A stretch of 64,000 nucleotides of DNA, taken from the NCBI RefSeq assembly GCF_009914755.1, contig NC_060946.1; one strand, given 5' to 3'. The position numbers and the translations under genes were made by a program. Source of the DNA: the human T2T-CHM13v2.0 reference genome, Homo sapiens. Positions within the stretch are counted from its first letter, which is position 1. The number at the start of each line of letters is the position of its first letter. This document shows, piece by piece, positions 1 through 18,008 of the stretch. The notes under the pieces are model-generated. The model did not search any database. It was not told the DNA's origin and saw nothing but the letters and a program-made list of their open reading frames with translations.

Positions 1-146
1 AAATATAATGCTTATCTATTATCAATTATTATATGACATATAATATATATAATATAAGACGCAGGATGTAAAACAATATTATATATATGTTATATGTATT
101 ATATATACGCTACTATATATTACTATATACATAATGTATATATATA

Positions 147-714
147 TTTGTGGGTGCCCTATTCCCCATCTGATAACTTGTTGTAAGAAGCGCAGCATAA
201 TAGTGTGTGGGCTTGGGATTCTGTTTTTGAAACAAAATACTGAGCCTTCAATGACCTTTCGGTCTCTGTAAAAGCACTCCTGTCTTCCTGGCAGCTGTTG
301 GACCTCACAATGTGGATTGTGCCCTCACCCTGCAATGTTGACGCCCTGTCGCCATGGTGACGGGATTAGGGATCTCCTGCTCTTGGTCCTAAGGGCCACT
401 GTCTGTGCTGTGTTTTCAGAAGGTCAGAACAGATTGAACCTTTGTGGTTTTATTTTCCCTGAGTTTGATTTTTCTCATGGGGAACCTGTGTTGCTGCTTT
501 GAACGTATATTCATACTGGCCTTTCAAATGCCAACTCTTCATATTACTAGTTAATGCTTTCAAAATATGTTATTTAAAAAATTATCCTCAGTATTGTCCA
601 TATGCAGTTATAAATACGTTTCATGGTTATGTTTTATTCCTCAGTTTACATATTTGATTATTGTACCAAGCAGAGTACCTTTGAAATGTTTTTCCATTTA
701 AAAAATATGAATCT
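147..714. repeat. HSATI-like complex segment of the HSat1B unit (representative copy)
   Basis: A ~570 bp non-simple segment starting TTTGTGGGTGCCCTATT and ending just before the Alu. Other copies: 2569-3136, 5019-5586, 7441-8008, 9891-10458, 12313-12880, 14730-15297, 17149-17716, 19600-20167, 22018-22584, 24432-24997, 26892-27458, and truncated 29342-29700. The name is assigned from the known unit architecture, not from an alignment. Confidence 0.8.
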
Positions 715-1006
<292 letters not shown>

Positions 1007-2568
1007 TTATATATGGTATATACTATATGTTATGGAATATGCTTTATATGTAATATATAACCTCATATATATTATATGTCATAATACATAATATTTATCC
1101 TATGTCATCTTATATATATTACGTATATTACATAACGTATATAATATATAATACATATTATGCATCTTAAATATGAAAATATATAATTATTGATAACATA
1201 ACATATAGTTATATATAATATGATATATAACGTATATGCTATATCATATGTGATATATAATATATATATTTTTATTACATATTATAATTTATATATATTA
1301 TAATTTATATAAAGATATAATTATTTATGTAATATAAATAATTATATATAATTATATAATGAGGTATAATATAAATAATAATATATACGATTACATATTT
1401 ATGTAGTTATCTGTATAAAAATATAATTATATATATAATTATATATATCATATAATAGACAACATACATATTATATAATGTATAATATATATTATACAAT
1501 ATATGATACATATATGATATTTAATATATCATAATAGAATATATATTTTAATATTATGTATGTAACATATATTATGTGATATATAATATATATTACGTAA
1601 TATAAAATAATACAATATAATATATATTATATTATGATATATTATGTAAAGTATGTAATAAAATTACATATAACATAATATATAGTTATGTATAATATAA
1701 CGTATAATTATATACGTTATATTTTATATGTACATATAATATTTTACAGTTATATATAATTTTGGATAGTTACATATAATGTAATATAAAACATATATAA
1801 TATATATCATAAAATATATATTTTATACCATATATAATATGTATCATATATTGTGTGTTATATGTCATATATTGTATATCATATATCGTATGTTATATGT
1901 TATATATATCACATTCCACATATTGTGTATTATAAATTATATATAATATATGACATACATTACATTATATTTGATAAATTATACATTATATGTAACATAG
2001 TATATATTATATGTAACATGTATATTCTATGGAAAATATATAATATATAACATATATTACATATAATTAATGACATAGACATATAATATATATTTAATAT
2101 ATGTATTCCACATACAACATATTGTATATAATATATAACATATATTACATAAAAGTCATAAAATATAATATATATTGTATGTCATATTTTACATTTACAG
2201 TTATATATTATTATATGTTATTTTATCTCATATATAACATAGAAGCAATATATATTATATATAATGTATATTATATATAACATAGATATAATAGATATAA
2301 TATATGTAATGTATATTATATATTTAATACGTATATTAACCATATAATATATTCTATATATGAAATATAATATATCTTATATATGTCATAAAATATAACG
2401 TATATTATGTGTCATATTGTATAAATAGAATGCTTATCTATTATCAATTATTATATGACATATAATATATATAATATAAGACGCAGGATGTAAAACAATA
2501 TTATATATATGTTATATGTATTATATATACGATACTATATATGATTATATACATAATGTATATTTATA
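1007..2568. repeat. AT-rich low-complexity segment of the HSat1B unit (representative copy)
   Basis: About 1.56 kb of degenerate (TA)n/ATATAAT sequence between the Alu A-tail and the next HSATI segment. It is conserved almost base for base between units, so it is amplified with the unit rather than being an independent microsatellite. Confidence 0.9.
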
Positions 2569-3136
2569 TTTGTGGGTGCCCTATTCCCCATCTGATAACT
2601 TGTTGTAAGAAGCGCAGCGTAATAATGTGTGGGCTTGGGATTCTGTTTTTGAAACAAAACACTGAGCCTTCAATGACCTTTCGGTCTCTGTAAAAGCACT
2701 CCTGTCTTCCTGGCAGCTGTTGGACCTCACAAGGTGGATTGTGCCCTCACCCTGCAATGTTGATGCCCTGTCGCCATGGTGACGGGATTAGGGATCTCCT
2801 GCTCTTGGTCCTAAGGGCCACTGTCTGTGCTGTGTTTTCCAAAGGTCAGAACAGATTGAACCTTTGTGGTTTTATTTTCCCTGAGTTTGATTTTTCTCAT
2901 GGGGAACCTGTGTTGCTGCTTTGAACGTATATTCATACTGGCCTTTCAAATGCCAACTCTTCATATTACTAGTTAATGCTTTCAAAATATGTTATTTAAA
3001 AAATGATCCTCAGTATTGTCCATATGCAGTTATAAATACGTTTCATGGTTATGTTTTATTCCTCAGTTTACATATTTGATTATTGTACCAAGCAGAGTAC
3101 CTTTGAAATGTTTTTCCATTTAAAAAATATGAATCT

Positions 3137-3427
<291 letters not shown>

Positions 3428-5586
3428 TTATATATGGTATATACTATATGTTATGGAATATGCTTTATATGTAATATATAACCTCATATATATTATATGT
3501 CATAATACATAATATTTATCCTATGTCATCTTATATATATTATGTATATTACATAACGTATATAATATATAATACATATTATGCATCTTATATATGAAAA
3601 TATATAATTATAGATAACATAACATATAGTTATATATAATATGATATATAACATATATACTATATCATATGTAATATATAATATATATATTTTTATTACA
3701 TATTATAATTTATATTTATTATAATTTATATAATGATATAATTATTTATATAATGTAAATAATTATATATAATTATATAATGAGGTATAATATAAATAAT
3801 AATATATATGATTACATATTTATATAGTTATATATATAAAAATATAATTATATATATAATTATATATATGAAAATATAATTATATATATAATTATATATA
3901 TCATATAATAGACAACATACATATTATATAATGTATAATATACATTATACAACATATGATACATATATGATATTTAATATATCATAATGGAATATATATT
4001 TTAATATTATGTATGTAACATATATTATGTGATATATAATATATATTATGTAATATAAAATAATATAATACATATTATATTATGATATATTATATAAAGT
4101 ATGTAATAAAATTATATATAACATAATGTATAGTTATGTATAATATAACATATAATTATATACATTATATTATATATGTACATATAATATTATACAGTTA
4201 TATATAATTTTAAATAGTTATCTGTAATACAATATAAAACATATTTAGTATATAACATAAAATATATATTGTATACCATATATAATATGTATCATATATT
4301 GTGTGTTATATGTCATATATTGTATGTCATATATCATATATTATATGTTATATATATCACATTCCACATATTGTATTTTATAAATTATATATAATATATG
4401 ACATACACTACATTATATTTGATAAATTATACATTATATGTAACATATAATATATTATATGTAACATGTATATTCTATGGAAAATATATAATATATAACA
4501 TATATTACATATAATTAATAACATAGACATATAATATATATTTAATATATGTATTATACATACAACATATTATATATATAATATATAATATATATTACAT
4601 AAAAGTCACAAAATATAATATATATTATATGTCATATTTTACATATACACTTATATATTATTACATGTTATTTTATCTTATATATAACATAGAAACAATA
4701 TATATTATATATAATGTATATTATATATAACATAGATATAATAGATATAATATATGTAATGTATATTATATATTTAATACGTATATTAACCATATAATAT
4801 ATTCTATATATGAAATATAATATATCCTATATATGTCATAAAATATAACCTATATTATGTGTCATATTGTATAAATATAATGCTTATCTATTATCAATTA
4901 TTATATGACATATAATATATATAATATAAGACGCAGGATGTAAAACAATATTATATATATGTTATATGTATTATATATACGCTACTATATATTACTATAT
5001 ACATAATGTATATATATATTTGTGGGTGCCCTATTCCCCATCTGATAACTTGTTGTAAGAAGCGCAGCATAATAGTGTGTGGGCTTGGGATTCTGTTTTT
5101 GAAACAAAATACTGAGCCTTCAATGACCTTTCGGTCTCTGTAAAAGCACTCCTGTCTTCCTGGCAGCTGTTGGACCTCACAATGTGGATTGTGCCCTCAC
5201 CCTGCAATGTTGACGCCCTGTCGCCATGGTGACGGGATTAGGGATCTCCTGCTCTTGGTCCTAAGGGCCACTGTCTGTGCTGTGTTTTCAGAAGGTCAGA
5301 ACAGATTGAACCTTTGTGGTTTTATTTTCCCTGAGTTTGATTTTTCTCATGGGGAACCTGTGTTGCTGCTTTGAACGTATATTCATACTGGCCTTTCAAA
5401 TGCCAACTCTTCATATTACTAGTTAATGCTTTCAAAATATGTTATTTAAAAAATTATCCTCAGTATTGTCCATATGCAGTTATAAATACGTTTCATGGTT
5501 ATGTTTTATTCCTCAGTTTACATATTTGATTATTGTACCAAGCAGAGTACCTTTGAAATGTTTTTCCATTTAAAAAATATGAATCT

Positions 5587-5878
<292 letters not shown>

Positions 5879-8008
5879 TTATATATGGTATATACTATAT
5901 GTTATGGAATATGCTTTATATGTAATATATAACCTCATATATATTATATGTCATAATACATAATATTTATCCTATGTCATCTTATATATATTACGTATAT
6001 TACATAACGTATATAATATATAATACATATTATGCATCTTAAATATGAAAATATATAATTATTGATAACATAACATATAGTTATATATAATATGATATAT
6101 AACGTATATGCTATATCATATGTGATATATAATATATATATTTTTATTACATATTATAATTTATATATATTATAATTTATATAAAGATATAATTATTTAT
6201 GTAATATAAATAATTATATATAATTATATAATGAGGTATAATATAAATAATAATATATACGATTACATATTTATGTAGTTATCTGTATAAAAATATAATT
6301 ATATATATAATTATATATATCATATAATAGACAACATACATATTATATAATGTATAATATATATTATACAATATATGATACATATATGATATTTAATATA
6401 TCATAATAGAATATATATTTTAATATTATGTATGTAACATATATTATGTGATATATAATATATATTACGTAATATAAAATAATACAATATAATATATATT
6501 ATATTATGATATATTATGTAAAGTATGTAATAAAATTACATATAACATAATATATAGTTATGTATAATATAACGTATAATTATATACGTTATATTTTATA
6601 TGTACATATAATATTTTACAGTTATATATAATTTTGGATAGTTACATATAATGTAATATAAAACATATATAATATATATCATAAAATATATATTTTATAC
6701 CATATATAATATGTATCATATATTGTGTGTTATATGTCATATATTGTATATCATATATCGTATGTTATATGTTATATATATCACATTCCACATATTGTGT
6801 ATTATAAATTATATATAATATATGACATACATTACATTATATTTGATAAATTATACATTATATGTAACATAGTATATATTATATGTAACATGTATATTCT
6901 ATGGAAAATATATAATATATAACATATATTACATATAATTAATGACATAGACATATAATATATATTTAATATATGTATTCCACATACAACATATTGTATA
7001 TAATATATAACATATATTACATAAAAGTCATAAAATATAATATATATTGTATGTCATATTTTACATTTACAGTTATATATTATTATATGTTATTTTATCT
7101 CATATATAACATAGAAGCAATATATATTATATATAATGTATATTATATATAACATAGATATAATAGATATAATATATGTAATGTATATTATATATTTAAT
7201 ACGTATATTAACCATATAATATATTCTATATATGAAATATAATATATCTTATATATGTCATAAAATATAACGTATATTATGTGTCATATTGTATAAATAG
7301 AATGCTTATCTATTATCAATTATTATATGACATATAATATATATAATATAAGACGCAGGATGTAAAACAATATTATATATATGTTATATGTATTATATAT
7401 ACGATACTATATATGATTATATACATAATGTATATTTATATTTGTGGGTGCCCTATTCCCCATCTGATAACTTGTTGTAAGAAGCGCAGCGTAATAATGT
7501 GTGGGCTTGGGATTCTGTTTTTGAAACAAAACACTGAGCCTTCAATGACCTTTCGGTCTCTGTAAAAGCACTCCTGTCTTCCTGGCAGCTGTTGGACCTC
7601 ACAAGGTGGATTGTGCCCTCACCCTGCAATGTTGATGCCCTGTCGCCATGGTGACGGGATTAGGGATCTCCTGCTCTTGGTCCTAAGGGCCACTGTCTGT
7701 GCTGTGTTTTCCAAAGGTCAGAACAGATTGAACCTTTGTGGTTTTATTTTCCCTGAGTTTGATTTTTCTCATGGGGAACCTGTGTTGCTGCTTTGAACGT
7801 ATATTCATACTGGCCTTTCAAATGCCAACTCTTCATATTACTAGTTAATGCTTTCAAAATATGTTATTTAAAAAATGATCCTCAGTATTGTCCATATGCA
7901 GTTATAAATACGTTTCATGGTTATGTTTTATTCCTCAGTTTACATATTTGATTATTGTACCAAGCAGAGTACCTTTGAAATGTTTTTCCATTTAAAAAAT
8001 ATGAATCT

Positions 8009-8299
<291 letters not shown>

Positions 8300-10458
8300 T
8301 TATATATGGTATATACTATATGTTATGGAATATGCTTTATATGTAATATATAACCTCATATATATTATATGTCATAATACATAATATTTATCCTATGTCA
8401 TCTTATATATATTATGTATATTACATAACGTATATAATATATAATACATATTATGCATCTTATATATGAAAATATATAATTATAGATAACATAACATATA
8501 GTTATATATAATATGATATATAACATATATACTATATCATATGTAATATATAATATATATATTTTTATTACATATTATAATTTATATTTATTATAATTTA
8601 TATAATGATATAATTATTTATATAATGTAAATAATTATATATAATTATATAATGAGGTATAATATAAATAATAATATATATGATTACATATTTATATAGT
8701 TATATATATAAAAATATAATTATATATATAATTATATATATGAAAATATAATTATATATATAATTATATATATCATATAATAGACAACATACATATTATA
8801 TAATGTATAATATACATTATACAACATATGATACATATATGATATTTAATATATCATAATGGAATATATATTTTAATATTATGTATGTAACATATATTAT
8901 GTGATATATAATATATATTATGTAATATAAAATAATATAATACATATTATATTATGATATATTATATAAAGTATGTAATAAAATTATATATAACATAATG
9001 TATAGTTATGTATAATATAACATATAATTATATACATTATATTATATATGTACATATAATATTATACAGTTATATATAATTTTAAATAGTTATCTGTAAT
9101 ACAATATAAAACATATTTAGTATATAACATAAAATATATATTGTATACCATATATAATATGTATCATATATTGTGTGTTATATGTCATATATTGTATGTC
9201 ATATATCATATATTATATGTTATATATATCACATTCCACATATTGTATTTTATAAATTATATATAATATATGACATACACTACATTATATTTGATAAATT
9301 ATACATTATATGTAACATATAATATATTATATGTAACATGTATATTCTATGGAAAATATATAATATATAACATATATTACATATAATTAATAACATAGAC
9401 ATATAATATATATTTAATATATGTATTATACATACAACATATTATATATATAATATATAATATATATTACATAAAAGTCACAAAATATAATATATATTAT
9501 ATGTCATATTTTACATATACACTTATATATTATTACATGTTATTTTATCTTATATATAACATAGAAACAATATATATTATATATAATGTATATTATATAT
9601 AACATAGATATAATAGATATAATATATGTAATGTATATTATATATTTAATACGTATATTAACCATATAATATATTCTATATATGAAATATAATATATCCT
9701 ATATATGTCATAAAATATAACCTATATTATGTGTCATATTGTATAAATATAATGCTTATCTATTATCAATTATTATATGACATATAATATATATAATATA
9801 AGACGCAGGATGTAAAACAATATTATATATATGTTATATGTATTATATATACGCTACTATATATTACTATATACATAATGTATATATATATTTGTGGGTG
9901 CCCTATTCCCCATCTGATAACTTGTTGTAAGAAGCGCAGCATAATAGTGTGTGGGCTTGGGATTCTGTTTTTGAAACAAAATACTGAGCCTTCAATGACC
10001 TTTCGGTCTCTGTAAAAGCACTCCTGTCTTCCTGGCAGCTGTTGGACCTCACAATGTGGATTGTGCCCTCACCCTGCAATGTTGACGCCCTGTCGCCATG
10101 GTGACGGGATTAGGGATCTCCTGCTCTTGGTCCTAAGGGCCACTGTCTGTGCTGTGTTTTCAGAAGGTCAGAACAGATTGAACCTTTGTGGTTTTATTTT
10201 CCCTGAGTTTGATTTTTCTCATGGGGAACCTGTGTTGCTGCTTTGAACGTATATTCATACTGGCCTTTCAAATGCCAACTCTTCATATTACTAGTTAATG
10301 CTTTCAAAATATGTTATTTAAAAAATTATCCTCAGTATTGTCCATATGCAGTTATAAATACGTTTCATGGTTATGTTTTATTCCTCAGTTTACATATTTG
10401 ATTATTGTACCAAGCAGAGTACCTTTGAAATGTTTTTCCATTTAAAAAATATGAATCT

Positions 10459-10750
<292 letters not shown>

Positions 10751-12880
10751 TTATATATGGTATATACTATATGTTATGGAATATGCTTTATATGTAATAT
10801 ATAACCTCATATATATTATATGTCATAATACATAATATTTATCCTATGTCATCTTATATATATTACGTATATTACATAACGTATATAATATATAATACAT
10901 ATTATGCATCTTAAATATGAAAATATATAATTATTGATAACATAACATATAGTTATATATAATATGATATATAACGTATATGCTATATCATATGTGATAT
11001 ATAATATATATATTTTTATTACATATTATAATTTATATATATTATAATTTATATAAAGATATAATTATTTATGTAATATAAATAATTATATATAATTATA
11101 TAATGAGGTATAATATAAATAATAATATATACGATTACATATTTATGTAGTTATCTGTATAAAAATATAATTATATATATAATTATATATATCATATAAT
11201 AGACAACATACATATTATATAATGTATAATATATATTATACAATATATGATACATATATGATATTTAATATATCATAATAGAATATATATTTTAATATTA
11301 TGTATGTAACATATATTATGTGATATATAATATATATTACGTAATATAAAATAATACAATATAATATATATTATATTATGATATATTATGTAAAGTATGT
11401 AATAAAATTACATATAACATAATATATAGTTATGTATAATATAACGTATAATTATATACGTTATATTTTATATGTACATATAATATTTTACAGTTATATA
11501 TAATTTTGGATAGTTACATATAATGTAATATAAAACATATATAATATATATCATAAAATATATATTTTATACCATATATAATATGTATCATATATTGTGT
11601 GTTATATGTCATATATTGTATATCATATATCGTATGTTATATGTTATATATATCACATTCCACATATTGTGTATTATAAATTATATATAATATATGACAT
11701 ACATTACATTATATTTGATAAATTATACATTATATGTAACATAGTATATATTATATGTAACATGTATATTCTATGGAAAATATATAATATATAACATATA
11801 TTACATATAATTAATGACATAGACATATAATATATATTTAATATATGTATTCTACATACAACATATTGTATATAATATATAACATATATTACATAAAAGT
11901 CATAAAATATAATATATATTGTATGTCATATTTTACATTTACAGTTATATATTATTATATGTTATTTTATCTCATATATAACATAGAAGCAATATATATT
12001 ATATATAATGTATATTATATATAACATAGATATAATAGATATAATATATGTAATGTATATTATATATTTAATACGTATATTAACCATATAATATATTCTA
12101 TATATGAAATATAATATATCTTATATATGTCATAAAATATAACGTATATTATGTGTCATATTGTATAAATATAATGCTTATCTATTATCAATTATTATAT
12201 GACATATAATATATATAATATAAGACGCAGGATGTAAAACAATATTATATATATGTTATATGTATTATATATACGATACTATATATGATTATATACATAA
12301 TGTATATTTATATTTGTGGGTGCCCTATTCCCCATCTGATAACTTGTTGTAAGAAGCGCAGCGTAATAATGTGTGGGCTTGGGATTCTGTTTTTGAAACA
12401 AAACACTGAGCCTTCAATGACCTTTCGGTCTCTGTAAAAGCACTCCTGTCTTCCTGGCAGCTGTTGGACCTCACAAGGTGGATTGTGCCCTCACCCTGCA
12501 ATGTTGATGCCCTGTCGCCATGGTGACGGGATTAGGGATCTCCTGCTCTTGGTCCTAAGGGCCACTGTCTGTGCTGTGTTTTCCAAAGGTCAGAACAGAT
12601 TGAACCTTTGTGGTTTTATTTTCCCTGAGTTTGATTTTTCTCATGGGGAACCTGTGTTGCTGCTTTGAACGTATATTCATACTGGCCTTTCAAATGCCAA
12701 CTCTTCATATTACTAGTTAATGCTTTCAAAATATGTTATTTAAAAAATTATCCTCAGTATTGTCCATATGCAGTTATAAATACGTTTCATGGTTATGTTT
12801 TATTCCTCAGTTTACATATTTGATTATTGTACCAAGCGGAGTACCTTTGAAATGTTTTTCCATTTAAAAAATATGAATCT

Positions 12881-13172
<292 letters not shown>

Positions 13173-15297
13173 TTATATATGGTATATACTATATGTTATG
13201 GAATATGCTTTATATGTAATATATAACCTCATATATATTATATGTCATAATACATAATATTTATCCTATGTCATCTTATATATATTACGTATATTAAATA
13301 ACGTATATAATATATAATACATATTATGCATCTTAAATATGAAAATATATAATTATTGATAACATAACATATAGTTATATATAATATGATATATAACGTA
13401 TATACTATATCATATGTGATATATAATATATATATTTTTATTACATATTATAATTTATATATATTATAATTTATATAAAGATATAATTATTTATGTAATA
13501 TAAATAATTATATATAATTATATAATGAGGTATAATATAAATAATAATATATACGATTACATATTTATGTAGTTATCTGTATAAAAATATAATTATATAT
13601 ATAATTATATATCATATAATAGACAACATACATATTATATAATGTATAATATATATTATTCAATATATGATACATATATGATATTTAATATATCATAATA
13701 GAATATATATTTTAATATTATGTATGTAACATATATTATGTGATATATAATATATATTACGTAATATAAAATAATACAATATAATATATATTATATTATG
13801 ATATATTATGTAAAGTATGTAATAAAATTACATATAACATAATATATAGTTATGTATAATATAACGTATAATTATATACGTTATATTTTATATGTACATA
13901 TAATATTATACAGTTATATATAATTTTGAATAGTTACATATAATGTAATATAAAACATATATAATATATATCATAAAATATATATTTTATACCATATATA
14001 ATATGTATCATATATTGTGTGTTATATGTCATATATTGTATATCATATATCGTATGTTATATGTTATATATATCACATTCCACATATTGTGTATTATAAA
14101 TTATATATAATATATGACATACATTACATTATATTTGATAAATTATACATTATATGTAACATAGTATATATTATATGTAACATGTATATTCTATGGAAAA
14201 TATATAATATATAACATATATTACATATAATTAATGACATAGACATATAATATATATTTAATATATGTATTATACATACAACATATTGTATATAATATAT
14301 AACATATATTACATAAAATTCATAAAATATATATATTGTATGTCATATTTTACATTTACAGTTATATATTATTATATGTTATTTTATCTCATATATAACA
14401 TAGAAACAATATATATTATATATAATGTATATTATATATAACATAGATATAATAGATATAATATATGTAATGTATATTATATATTTAATACGTATATTAA
14501 CCATATAATATATTCTATATATGAAATATAATATATCTTATATATGTCATAAAATATAACGTATATTATGTGTCATATTGTATAAATATAATGCTTATCT
14601 ATTATCAATTATTAAATGACATATAATATATATAATATAAGACGCAGGATGTAAAACAATATTATATATATGTTATATGTATTATATATACGATACTATA
14701 TATGATTATATACATAATGTATATTTATATTTGTGGGTGCCCTATTCCCCATCTGATAACTTGTTGTAAGAAGCGCAGCGTAATAATGTGTGGGCTTGGG
14801 ATTCTGTTTTTGAAACAAAACACTGAGCCTTCAATGACCTTTCGGTCTCTGTAAAAGCACTCCTGTCTTCCTGGCAGCTGTTGGACCTCACAAGGTGGAT
14901 TGTGCCCTCACCCTGCAATGTTGATGCCCTGTCGCCATGGTGACGGGATTAGGGATCTCCTGCTCTTGGTCCTAAGGGCCACTGTCTGTGCTGTGTTTTC
15001 CAAAGGTCAGAACAGATTGAACCTTTGTGGTTTTATTTTCCCTGAGTTTGATTTTTCTCATGGGGAACCTGTGTTGCTGCTTTGAACGTATATTCATACT
15101 GGCCTTTCAAATGCCAACTCTTCATATTACTAGTTAATGCTTTCAAAATATGTTATTTAAAAAATTATCCTCAGTATTGTCCATATGCAGTTATAAATAC
15201 GTTTCATGGTTATGTTTTATTCCTCAGTTTACATATTTGATTATTGTACCAAGCGGAGTACCTTTGAAATGTTTTTCCATTTAAAAAATATGAATCT

Positions 15298-15589
<292 letters not shown>

Positions 15590-17716
15590 TTATATATGGC
15601 ATATACTATATGTTATGGAATATGCTTTATATGTAATATATAACCTCATATATATTATATGTCATAATACATAATATTTATCCTATGTCATCTTATATAT
15701 ATTACGTATATTACATAACGTATATAATATATAATACATATTATGCATCTTAAATATGAAAATATATAATTATTGATAACATAACATATAGTTATATATA
15801 ATATGATATATAACGTATATACTATATCATATGTGATATATAATATATATATTTTTATTACATATTATAATTTATATATATTATAATTTATATAAAGATA
15901 TAATTATTTATGTAATATAAATAATTATATATAATTATATAATGAGGTATAATATAAATAATAATATATACGATTACATATTTATGTAGTTATCTGTATA
16001 AAAATATAATTATATATATAATTATATATATCATATAATAGACAACATACATATTATATAATGTATAATATATATTATACAATATATGATACATATATGA
16101 TATTTAATATATCATAATAGAATATATATTTTAATATTATGTATGTAACATATATTATGTGATATATAATATATATTACGTAATATAAAATAATACAATA
16201 TAATATATAGTATATTATGATATATTATGTAAAGTATGTAATAAAATTACATATAACATAATATATAGTTATGTATAATATAACGTATAAGTATATACGT
16301 TATATTTTATATGTACATATAATATTATACAGTTATATATAATTTTGAATAGTTACATATAATGTAATATAAAACATATATAATATATATCATAAAATAT
16401 ATATTTTATACCATATATAATATGTATCATATATTGTGTGTTATATGTCATATATTGTATATCATATATCGTATGTTATATGTTATATATATCACATTCC
16501 ACATATTGTGTATTATAAATTATATATAATATATGACATACATTACATTATATTTGATAAATTATACATTATATGTAACATAGTATATATTATATGTAAC
16601 ATGTATATTCTATGGAAAATATATAATATATAACATATATTACATATAATTAATGACATAGACATATAATATATATTTAATATATGTATTATACATACAA
16701 CATATTGTATATAATATATAACATATATTACATAAAATTCATAAAATATATATATTGTATGTCATATTTTACATTTACAGTTATATATTATTATATGTTA
16801 TTTTATCTCATATATAACATAGAAACAATATATATTATATATAATGTATATTATATATAACATAGATATAATAGATATAATATATGTAATGTATATTATA
16901 TATTTAATACGTATATTAACCATATAATATATTCTATATATGAAATATAATATATCTTATATATGTCATAAAATATAACGTATATTATGTGTCATATTGT
17001 ATAAATATAATGCTTATCTATTATCAATTATTAAATGACATATAATATATATAATATAAGACGCAGGATGTAAAACAATATTATATATATGTTATATGTA
17101 TTATATATACGATACTATATATGATTATATACATAATGTATATTTATATTTGTGGGTGCCCTATTCCCCATCTGATAACTTGTTGTAAGAAGCGCAGCGT
17201 AATAATGTGTGGGCTTGGGATTCTGTTTTTGAAACAAAACACTGAGCCTTCAATGACCTTTCGGTCTCTGTAAAAGCACTCCTGTCTTCCTGGCAGCTGT
17301 TGGACCTCACAAGGTGGATTGTGCCCTCACCCTGCAATGTTGATGCCCTGTCGCCATGGTGACGGGATTAGGGATCTCCTGCTCTTGGTCCTAAGGGCCA
17401 CTGTCTGTGCTGTGTTTTCCAAAGGTCAGAACAGATTGAACCTTTGTGGTTTTATTTTCCCTGAGTTTGATTTTTCTCATGGGGAACCTGTGTTGCTGCT
17501 TTGAACGTATATTCATACTGGCCTTTCAAATGCCAACTCTTCATATTACTAGTTAATGCTTTCAAAATATGTTATTTAAAAAATTATCCTCAGTATTGTC
17601 CATATGCAGTTATAAATACGTTTCATGGTTATGTTTTATTCCTCAGTTTAAATATTTGATTATTGTACCAAGCAGAGTACCTTTGAAATGTTTTTCCATT
17701 TAAAAAATATGAATCT

Positions 17717-18008
<292 letters not shown>

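Noticed and set aside
317-502. 61-aa ORF (MCPHPAML...) repeated in 11 units, looking like a tandem gene family
   Set aside because: It starts at TTG, has no recognisable domain, and is broken in unit 12. Its conservation simply follows from amplification of the satellite unit.
1853-2050. Tyr/Ile-rich 60-75 aa ORFs in the AT segments
   Set aside because: These are translations of (TA)n-like sequence, present or absent according to single substitutions.
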